Shown here piece by piece: positions 56,692 through 64,000 of a stretch of DNA of 64,000 nucleotides. The stretch covers positions 256,001 to 320,000 of the forward strand of contig CAVSGO010000005.1 of assembly GCA_963727525.1 (NCBI GenBank), given 5' to 3'. The stretch is from an uncultured bacterium (GTDB lineage Bacteria > Krumholzibacteriota > Krumholzibacteriia > LZORAL124-64-63). The notes below the pieces were generated by a model. The model did no database searches, was not told the origin of the DNA, and saw only the letters and a program-made list of their open reading frames with translations. The position numbers were made by a program, and so were the translations under genes. Within the stretch, counting starts at the first letter, position 1; each line of letters starts with the position of its first letter.

Positions 56692-58002
56692 CTACCGCAC
56701 GTAACCCAGCGACTTGAGCTTCTCGATCGCCGCGGCATCGAGCGTGATCCTGGTGGTCTCGCCGGCGTAGCGATGGCAGTCGCGCTCGAAGGCGGTGAGC
56801 TGGGCAATGAGGTCGTGCGCCACGTCGGGATGGGCGTCGAGAACGGACGTCTGCTCGGCGGGGTCGGCCGCGAGGTCATAGAGCGCGACGTTGTCGGGCT
56901 CGGTGACGATCACCTTGTCGTGACCCCGGATGACGGCTTTCCACACGAGGTTGTCGAACCAGGGCGGGCAGCGCAGGTCGAGGAAGAGCGCCCGCTGCGG
57001 CGGGATGGCCGCCTCGCCACGCGCCGCCGGCGCGAGGCTCATGCCCATCGCCTCGGCCACGCGCGGCAGGCCTGCGAGATCCGACACCGTGGGCAGCACG
57101 TCGAGCAGGCTGGCCTGGCCGCCGACGCGCCGGGGCTGCAAACCACCGTCGGGATAGGCGACCACCAGCGGCACGTCGGTGACCTCGTGATACAGCGTGC
57201 GGCCGTGGTCCCAGTCGCCGTGGTCGAGAAATTCCTCGCCGTGATCGGCCGTGACCACGATGATCGTGTTGCGGGGCCAGTCGAGCTTGCGCGCGAGGTC
57301 GCGGAGATTGCGGTCGAGGAAGCTGATCTCGCTGTCGTACGCGGCAATGGAATCGTCGCGCTCGTTGGTCTGGGCATGGTACCACGGCGCGTGCTTCTCG
57401 TAGGGCCGGTGCGGCTCCATGTAGTGCAGGTAGAGGAAGTAGGGCTGGCTACGGTCGCGGGTCCTGTCCCACGCGAGCACGCGCGCGTTCACGGCGCCGC
57501 ATCCCTCGTTGTCCGATCCGCTGAAGGTTGCGAAACCCTGATCGAAGCCCATGGCCGGGATGATGTTCGGATTGTCGGCAACCCCGCAGGTGACGTAGCC
57601 GGCCGCCTGGAACGCCTCGGCCATGGTCGTGCACGCCGCGGGAATACGCGGTAGCGTGACGCTGGGATCGACCTTCTGCAGCGCCTGCACCGCCGTGATG
57701 CCCGCCAGCACGCCGTGCTGGATCGGCGCGAGCGACGTCATGATCGAGGCCGTGGCGGGCGCCGTCCACGACGAGGTGCTGTGGGCGTGCTCGAACACGA
57801 CGCCCTGGGCGGCGAGTTCGCTCAGATAGGGCGCGGTGGTCTCGGCATGGCCATAGAACGGCAGGTGGTCGGCACGCAGCGTGTCGATGACGATGACGAC
57901 GACGTTGGGAGCCTGCGGTCCGGACTGCGACTTGCACGAGCCGAGGCACGGCAACGCCAGGAGCGCGGCGCCGACGAGAAGGGCACGGGATACCGGACGC
58001 AT
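56692..58002 (-). CDS. Sulfatase-like lipoprotein (alkaline phosphatase superfamily)
   Basis: Lipobox LGSC; VIDTLRADHL; SSWTAPATAS; HYMEPH; TADHGEEF; LYDLAADPAE; LKSLGYV. Confidence 0.9.
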   Translation of the reverse strand: MRPVSRALLVGAALLALPCLGSCKSQSGPQAPNVVVIVIDTLRADHLPFYGHAETTAPYLSELAAQGVVFEHAHSTSSWTAPATASIMTSLAPIQHGVLAGITAVQALQKVDPSVTLPRIPAACTTMAEAFQAAGYVTCGVADNPNIIPAMGFDQGFATFSGSDNEGCGAVNARVLAWDRTRDRSQPYFLYLHYMEPHRPYEKHAPWYHAQTNERDDSIAAYDSEISFLDRNLRDLARKLDWPRNTIIVVTADHGEEFLDHGDWDHGRTLYHEVTDVPLVVAYPDGGLQPRRVGGQASLLDVLPTVSDLAGLPRVAEAMGMSLAPAARGEAAIPPQRALFLDLRCPPWFDNLVWKAVIRGHDKVIVTEPDNVALYDLAADPAEQTSVLDAHPDVAHDLIAQLTAFERDCHRYAGETTRITLDAAAIEKLKSLGYVR

Positions 58003-58191
58003 GGGAACCTACCGTTCGCGGGCTCGAGGTTGGACGGGGCGCTCACCAGGATATCAGACCGACGCGCCCCAAGGAAACCGCGGCGTAGACTGCTGTCAAG
58101 ACGTCCGCCAGGCCCGGCGCTTGCATACGACGGTGCGCAAACCCGGCCGGTGGCGTGATCGTGACCGCGGCCACTACCGGGCCGCGAGGAG

Positions 58192-58782
58192 GTGGTCGTG
58201 GTCGCCTTGAATCGCCATACCGTGACGCTGGTGCCACACCGCGAGTCGCGTTGCCCGGCCGTACGGCGGGTGCTGGTGCAAGCTCACCGGGTGCACGGTG
58301 GTCGCCTGTTCCTGAGTTACGAGATCCTCGGCGAACCGGAAGGCCCCGCTCTCCCGGATGCCCTGACCATCCCCGAGTGCGGTCCCGTGCAGGCAGCACC
58401 CGCCCTCTGGCAGCATACCTGCTGCGAGGCATTCGTCGCGCCGGACGACGGGGTAGCGTACTGGGAGTACCACTTCGCCCCCTCGCGGGCCTGGGACGTG
58501 CATGCGTTCCAGGCGTACCGGAAAGGCGCCCGCCTCGATCCGGCCGAGCCGGCGCCCGGCATCGACGTGCATCGACGCGACGACCGCCTGACCGTGAACG
58601 CGATCGTCGACCTCGCGCAGTTCGACCCCCGGCTCGCCACCGCGCCGCTGCGCATGGGCCTGGCGGTCGTCCTCGAGGACCGACAGGGCGAACTCTCGTA
58701 CTGGGCGCTCACCCATCCGGCCAAGCGGCCGGACTTCCACCGCGCCGCTAGCTTCACGCTGGCGTTCGCCGAGCTGGCCTGA
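58192..58782 (+). CDS. DOMON-like domain protein
   Basis: LWQHTCCEAF; YWEYHFAPS; SYWALTHP..RPDFH. Confidence 0.75.
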   Translation: MVVVALNRHTVTLVPHRESRCPAVRRVLVQAHRVHGGRLFLSYEILGEPEGPALPDALTIPECGPVQAAPALWQHTCCEAFVAPDDGVAYWEYHFAPSRAWDVHAFQAYRKGARLDPAEPAPGIDVHRRDDRLTVNAIVDLAQFDPRLATAPLRMGLAVVLEDRQGELSYWALTHPAKRPDFHRAASFTLAFAELA

Positions 58783-58820
58783 GGTCCCCACCAGCGCGCC
58801 GAGTCGGATACGATCGATCG

Positions 58821-59477
58821 TCAGCGGGCTGCCGATGCCGGCGCCTCGTCCAGGGATGCGCGGTTGATCAGCACGATGCCGTCGATGGCGTCGCTCGCGA
58901 GCGCGAGCCGCCCATCGGCCTCGCTGGCGGGATAGACACAAAATCCCGGTTCGGCCGTGGCATCGGCCTGGGGAGACGGATCGTAGACATGCAGCGTGTC
59001 GACGCTGATCCCCTGCACCGGATCCACCGCCACGTCCATTCCCGTCAGCACGACTGCGTGGCCACTGCCATCGTCGCGCTTGTAGAGGATGATGACAGGC
59101 TCATGCCGGTTCAGCCGCGCATAGAGCGTGTCGGGCTGCGGCGATCCGCTGACGAATTCGCTGGATACGCGGGCCTGCGAGCCCGTGAAGGTAGGAAAGG
59201 TGCCGGTAGCCGAGGCCACGATGTCCGCCGGCAAACCGCCCAGGTTCACAGGACCGCCGAGCGTACGGGACACGATCGCCTCCTGGGGTAATTCGATCCC
59301 CTCGTACGCCAGAGCCATCTCAATGCACGAGGCCCAGCACCATTGCGATGCATGTTGCACGCGGTAGTGCCGGGCGAATTCCCGATCCGGGATGCCGACG
59401 AAGTCGCCGGCGGCGGCCATGCGGCAGGGGATCATGGCAAGCAGGAGAAGCGTGGCGAGCACCGGGTGACGACCCAT
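58821..59477 (-). CDS. Secreted papain-like cysteine peptidase (C39-like)
   Basis: Signal peptide; Q..SQWCWASC; GHAVVL; VYDP (Cys-His-Asp). Confidence 0.75.
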   Translation of the reverse strand: MGRHPVLATLLLLAMIPCRMAAAGDFVGIPDREFARHYRVQHASQWCWASCIEMALAYEGIELPQEAIVSRTLGGPVNLGGLPADIVASATGTFPTFTGSQARVSSEFVSGSPQPDTLYARLNRHEPVIILYKRDDGSGHAVVLTGMDVAVDPVQGISVDTLHVYDPSPQADATAEPGFCVYPASEADGRLALASDAIDGIVLINRASLDEAPASAAR

Positions 59478-59556
59478 GGCGGTACCTTTTTCGCGGCGTG
59501 TCGGTTCGGTGGAGACCGCCGGGGGGCGGGGCCATGGGGCAGGAGAGGCAACCGAC

Positions 59557-59697
59557 GTGCCAAGAAGAATGTTGATGGCGGCAAACCGGTGCAAAATTGG
59601 CCACGCCGGGCACCGATCGGACCCAAATTGATATCGTTATATGGGATTATTTACGCCTTGAAGATGTCGCCGTCGGCATCAACATTCTTCGAGGCAC
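59557..59697. mobile_element. MITE-like non-autonomous element sharing ends with IS copy A
   Basis: GTGCCAAGAAGAATGTTGATG (59557-59577) and CATCAACATTCTTCGAGGCAC (59677-59697), 19/21 inverted match; left end is 20/21 identical to the reverse complement of 1666-1686. Confidence 0.78.
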
Positions 59698-59698
59698 A

Positions 59699-61177
59699 TC
59701 AGTAGGACTGCGCGAAGAGGACGCGGCCTGATGAGGGTTTGCCGCACCGTACACACGCCCCCGCCCTCTCGTCCCGCTCGAACGGGATATTGCGAATCGT
59801 CACCGCCAGCTCCTCCTGGATCGCCTTTTCACAGGCCGCGTCGCCGCACCAGTGACTCTGGGCAAAGCCGCCGGCACCGGCGTAGAGGGCCTTGAAGTCG
59901 TCCCAGGTGTCGATGACGTGGGTGGCGGCCTCGCGGCGGGCGAGGGCGCGGGCGTAGAGATCGGCCTGGATGCGGTCGAGCTCGGCCGTCACGGCAGCGA
60001 CGACGCCGGACAGGGGGGTGGTGGACTTGGCACGATCGTGCCGGGCCTTGAGCATGGCCGTCTGCTGTGCGAGGTCGCGAGGTCCCAGTTCGAGGCGCAG
60101 GGGCACGCCCTTGCGCTCCCACTCGGCGTACTTCCAGCCGGGGCGCAGATTGTCGCGGTCATCCACCACCACCGGGCCCACGGCGGCGCGCAGCTCGGCG
60201 GCGATGCGCTGGGCGGCCTCGCAGGTGGCGGTCTTCTCGTCCTCGCTTTTCCAGATGGGCACGATGGCCACCTTGGTGCCGGCGATGCGGGGCGGCAGCA
60301 CGAGACCATCGTCGTCGCTATGGGTCATGATGAGAGCGCCGATGATGCGCGTGGACATGCCCCAGCTCGTGGCCCAGACCAGGTCGACCTTGCCCTCCTG
60401 GTCCTGGAACTTCACGTCGAAGGCGCGGGCGAAGTTCTGGCCCAGGTCGTGGCTCGTGGCCGCCTGCAGGGCCTTGTTGTCCTGCATCATGGCCTCGATG
60501 GAGTAGGTCTCCACGGCGCCGGCGAAGCGCTCGCTCGCCGTCTTCACGCCGCAGATCACCGGCATGGCGAGGATATCCTCGGCGAACCAGCGGTAGGTCT
60601 CGAGCATCTGCAACGTCTCGGCGCGGCTCTCCTGCGCGGTGGCGTGGGCGGTGTGGCCCTCCTGCCAGAGGAACTCCGTGGTGCGCAGGAACATGCGGGT
60701 GCGCATCTCCCAGCGCATGACGTTGGCCCACTGATTGATGAGGATCGGTAGATCGCGGTAGCTCTGGATCCACTTGCGGTACATGTCCCAGATCACCGTC
60801 TCGCTGGTCGGGCGGATGACGTACTCCTCCTCCAGCTTCGACTCGGGATCGGGCACCACCGTGGTCTTGCCGTTCTCGGTGACCTGCTTCAGGCGATGAT
60901 GGGTGACGATGGCGCACTCCTTGGCGAAGCCCTCCACGTGCTCCGCCTCCTTCGCCAGGAAGCTCTTCGGGATGAGCAACGGGAAGTACGCGTTGACGTG
61001 GCCCAGCTCCTTGAACCGACCATCGAGGATGCGCTGTACGTTTTCCCAGATGGCATAGCCGTTGGGGCGGATCACCATGCAGCCGCGCACCGGGGAGTTG
61101 TCGGCCAGCTCCGCCTCGCGGATGACGTCCAGGTACCAGCGGCTGTAGTCGTCGCTGCGCTTGGTGATCTCGGCCAT
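59699..61177 (-). CDS. proS: Proline--tRNA ligase (archaeal/eukaryotic-like type)
   Basis: IRPTSET; QWANVMRWEMRTRMFLRTTEFLWQEGHT; TSWGMSTR; C-terminal FAQSY; no INS editing domain. Confidence 0.97.
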   Translation of the reverse strand: MAEITKRSDDYSRWYLDVIREAELADNSPVRGCMVIRPNGYAIWENVQRILDGRFKELGHVNAYFPLLIPKSFLAKEAEHVEGFAKECAIVTHHRLKQVTENGKTTVVPDPESKLEEEYVIRPTSETVIWDMYRKWIQSYRDLPILINQWANVMRWEMRTRMFLRTTEFLWQEGHTAHATAQESRAETLQMLETYRWFAEDILAMPVICGVKTASERFAGAVETYSIEAMMQDNKALQAATSHDLGQNFARAFDVKFQDQEGKVDLVWATSWGMSTRIIGALIMTHSDDDGLVLPPRIAGTKVAIVPIWKSEDEKTATCEAAQRIAAELRAAVGPVVVDDRDNLRPGWKYAEWERKGVPLRLELGPRDLAQQTAMLKARHDRAKSTTPLSGVVAAVTAELDRIQADLYARALARREAATHVIDTWDDFKALYAGAGGFAQSHWCGDAACEKAIQEELAVTIRNIPFERDERAGACVRCGKPSSGRVLFAQSY

Positions 61178-61373
61178 GACGTAACCTCTTGCAGGAAGGG
61201 GCGAAAGCCGGCTCGCGGCGGCCACCGGCGGACCAGGCCTGGGGCCCGGAGCGGACGGTGGAAGATAATACGTCGTCGTCAGTTGCGAAAGAGCGCGGGG
61301 AAGCCGGTTGCCCCGCATGGCGCGCTACGCGTATCCTTGGACGATGATCACCTGTCGCTCCGGAGGAATCATC

Positions 61374-62129
61374 ATGCGATCCATCGCACTTCTGCTCATC
61401 ACCGCGCTGGCCCTGGCTGGGTGCAACACGTCGCCCGACGCGAGCGGCGAACGCGACACCCTCTCCGATCCCCTCGGCGACATCGCCTATGCGAACGGGA
61501 TGATCTACGCGACCAACGACGATGGATCCGGTCATGTCGGCTCCCAGGTGGATCTCTACGCGTACGCCGACGGCGCCCTCGAGTCGCCGCAGAAAACCGT
61601 CGCCCTGGAGCTCAACGGGTACGGCTACCTCGCCATGGCCAGCGACGGCGTGGATCTGTACCTGCAGCCGCGGGGCCGGGCGCGCATCATCAAGGCGGCG
61701 CCTGACGGTGCGCTGCCGCGGTTGCGTGACGACGTGCCGGCGGCGGATGCCCGATGGCGGGGCTGCGGCCTTTGCTACGACACCGACACCGCGCAGCTCG
61801 TGGCGCTCTACGCGACGGATCGCGGGTCGCTGGTGTGGCGCCGCTACGATCCGGCGTCGGGTGCGGTCGTGGCGACCTCGCCGCCGGTGGTCTGGGACGT
61901 TCTGGCACCGGGCGTGTGGCCGCGGGCCATCACCGGGCACGGCGCCACGTTCTACGTACTGGCCACCGACACCGCCGGTGTGGACGTCGTCGTCTCGACC
62001 TCGCCACCGTACGACCGGGTCGCTACCGTGCAGGCGGTCGGGGACCAGGCCGCCGGATTGACTCAGCACGGCGCGCAGATCTGGATCGGATATCAGGATC
62101 GACGCATCGAGACCTGGCGTGGGCCCTGA
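61374..62129 (+). CDS. Hypothetical lipoprotein, beta-propeller-like
   Basis: GGAGG RBS; lipobox LAGC; beta-rich repeats. Confidence 0.7.
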   Translation: MRSIALLLITALALAGCNTSPDASGERDTLSDPLGDIAYANGMIYATNDDGSGHVGSQVDLYAYADGALESPQKTVALELNGYGYLAMASDGVDLYLQPRGRARIIKAAPDGALPRLRDDVPAADARWRGCGLCYDTDTAQLVALYATDRGSLVWRRYDPASGAVVATSPPVVWDVLAPGVWPRAITGHGATFYVLATDTAGVDVVVSTSPPYDRVATVQAVGDQAAGLTQHGAQIWIGYQDRRIETWRGP

Positions 62130-62213
62130 TGCCATCGCTGGCGTGACGATTGCAGGGAGGAGGTGCAACGCGAACCCTGATTGCACAATGGCGCGTGGCC
62201 GGAGCCGACGACG

Positions 62214-63509
62214 ATGCGCACCCTGCACCTTGCAACGCTTGGATTCCTCCTGCTGGCCCCGGCCGCCGCAGCGGACACGACGCCCACGCCTGCCGACACC
62301 GTCTACGTCGTCCAGCCGGGCGACAATCTCAACCTCATCGCCAGCCATCTGAAGGCCGCCACGGGGCATTACAGCCTGACGGGCTTGCTGGACGACATCC
62401 GCGCGGCCAACCACCTCGAAGGCACGCTATTGCGGCCGGGCCAGCGGCTGACGGTCCCCCACGCGCGCGCCGTCGCGAACCCCCATGTCGCGCAGCCGGC
62501 CAACAACGGAGCCGACCTGCGCGGGATCTACCTCACCGGCCCGATCTGCGGCGAGGCGAGTGTGTTTGCCCGCGTCGATTCGTTCGTGGTGGCGGGGGGC
62601 AACGCGGTGATCTTCGATATCAAGGACATCGACGGCGGCGTGTCGTTCCATAGCCATTCGCCGCTCGCGGCCTGGGGCCACGGACGGAGCGCCCCGGTCA
62701 TCTCCGACGTGCACGACCTGCTGGCGCGGCTGCACCGGCGCAACCTCTACGTCGTCGCGCGGCTGGCCCTTTTCCTGGACGGTGAGCTGGGCCGCCAGTG
62801 CCCCGACCTGGCGCTGCACGGCCCCGACGGCGAGCCGTGGCGCGAGCGCGGATGCGTGTGGATGGACCCGGCCGCGCCGCAGGTGCAGCAGTACAACATC
62901 GGCCTGGCCCTGGAGCTGGCGCGGGCCGGCGCCGACGAGATCCAGCTCGACTACGTGCGCTTCCCGACCAATGGCTGGGATGGCGACGACACCGGCGACA
63001 GCGCGGCCACCGGCGCGGATCGCCGCGCTGTGATCGCCGGATTCCTGAGTGCGCTGAGTGATTCGCTGCGGCCGCTAGGCGTGCAGATCTCGGCCGACCT
63101 CTACGGGATCTCGGCCTGGGGACGCGACGTCGATCTCGCGGTCACCGGCCAGCACGTCCCCACCTTCGCGCAGTACGTCGACACGATCTGCCCCATGATC
63201 TACCCCTCCCACTTCGGCCCCGGCTTCGAGGGCATCGCCAATCCCGCCAACCTACCCGAGTACTTCGTGAGCGAAGGGGTGCGGCGGTTCCGCGCGCTGG
63301 CCGGCGATGCGGCGCGCATCCGCCCGTGGCTGCAGGCCTTCGCCTGGCGCGTCGACGGCTACGGCAGTCGTTACGTGGCGCGCCAGATCGCGGCGGCCGA
63401 CGTGTCGGGCGCCTCAGGATGGTGCTTGTGGAATCCTACGGGACGGTATGAAACCGCGTGCGTCGCGCTGCGTCCAACCACGCCCACCGTGACCCTCGTC
63501 GTCCCCTGA
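62214..63509 (+). CDS. LysM-domain putative glycoside hydrolase (DUF4015-like TIM barrel)
   Basis: YVVQPGDNLNLIA...LRPGQRLTVP LysM; RGIYLTG; VIFDIKD; DEIQLDYVRFP; PMIYPSH; RPWLQAF. Confidence 0.85.
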   Translation: MRTLHLATLGFLLLAPAAAADTTPTPADTVYVVQPGDNLNLIASHLKAATGHYSLTGLLDDIRAANHLEGTLLRPGQRLTVPHARAVANPHVAQPANNGADLRGIYLTGPICGEASVFARVDSFVVAGGNAVIFDIKDIDGGVSFHSHSPLAAWGHGRSAPVISDVHDLLARLHRRNLYVVARLALFLDGELGRQCPDLALHGPDGEPWRERGCVWMDPAAPQVQQYNIGLALELARAGADEIQLDYVRFPTNGWDGDDTGDSAATGADRRAVIAGFLSALSDSLRPLGVQISADLYGISAWGRDVDLAVTGQHVPTFAQYVDTICPMIYPSHFGPGFEGIANPANLPEYFVSEGVRRFRALAGDAARIRPWLQAFAWRVDGYGSRYVARQIAAADVSGASGWCLWNPTGRYETACVALRPTTPTVTLVVP

Positions 63510-63600
63510 TCGGTTGCTCCCTCCAGATTGCGACGACGCGCGAAGCGGTTTAGTCTCTACGGCGTATCCGCACCCCGTCCCCAGCCGCCGGAGTCGCTCC

Positions 63601-64000
63601 ATGGCCCAGCCGTACTTCACCCGCGAGATCTTCCGCTTCCTGCTCGAACTCGACGGCAACAACGACCGCGAGTGGTTCGCCGCGAACAAGCAGCGGTTCG
63701 AGGACCACCTGCGGCAGCCGGCGCTGCGCTTCATCGCGGATTTCGGGCCGCACCTGCGGAAGATCAGTCCGCACTTCGAGACCGATCCGCGCCCGGTGGG
63801 CGGCTCGCTCTTCCGCATCTACCGCGACATCCGTTTCAGCCGCGACAAGAGCCCGTACAAGACGCACTGCGGCATCCATTTTCGACACGCGGCCGGCAAG
63901 AACGTCCACGCACCCGGCTTCTACCTGCACATCGAACCCGGCGCGTCACTGGCCGCCCTCGGCATCTGGCATCCCGACCAGCCCACGCTGCGGCGCATCC
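63601..64000 (+). CDS. DUF2461-family protein, truncated at the window edge
   Basis: Manual translation MAQPYFTREIFRFLLELDGNNDREWFAANK...FRIYRDIRFSRDKSPYKTH...APGFYLHIEPG; missing from the ORF track. Confidence 0.88.
   Translation, partial: MAQPYFTREIFRFLLELDGNNDREWFAANKQRFEDHLRQPALRFIADFGPHLRKISPHFETDPRPVGGSLFRIYRDIRFSRDKSPYKTHCGIHFRHAAGKNVHAPGFYLHIEPGASLAALGIWHPDQPTLRRI

Noticed and set aside
59699-61177. Archaeal/eukaryotic-type ProRS as evidence of unusual gene transfer
   Set aside because: This type is common in several bacterial phyla, including FCB-group lineages.

Overview
A high-GC (roughly 68-70% by eye) bacterial chromosomal window. Many secreted proteins end in FlgD/T9SS-like C-terminal domains or a short W-x-x-[IV]-K-x-L-[FY] tail, which suggests an FCB-group candidate lineage such as Krumholzibacteria/Latescibacterota (inference). 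The main feature is a compact bacterial microcompartment (BMC) locus at about 47.0-52.7 kb: a wHTH regulator, an RpiB-DeoC fusion with an internal encapsulation peptide and an Asp at the usual catalytic Cys of RpiB, an acylating aldehyde dehydrogenase, one BMC-H, two BMC-T and three BMC-P. This matches the predicted sugar-phosphate-utilisation class. Second is an IS1-like mobile family: two divergent single-ORF elements with terminal inverted repeats (464-1686 and 45623-46848) and a 141-bp non-coding MITE with the same ends (59557-59697). The rest includes an RND efflux operon coupled to a serine racemase/dehydratase, NfeD-flotillin, several secreted enzymes, a GT2/sulfotransferase cluster, a MocR-pdxS-pdxT unit, an MCP and proS. 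I found no rRNA, tRNA or CRISPR array. All calls come from reading motifs by eye; no searches were run.
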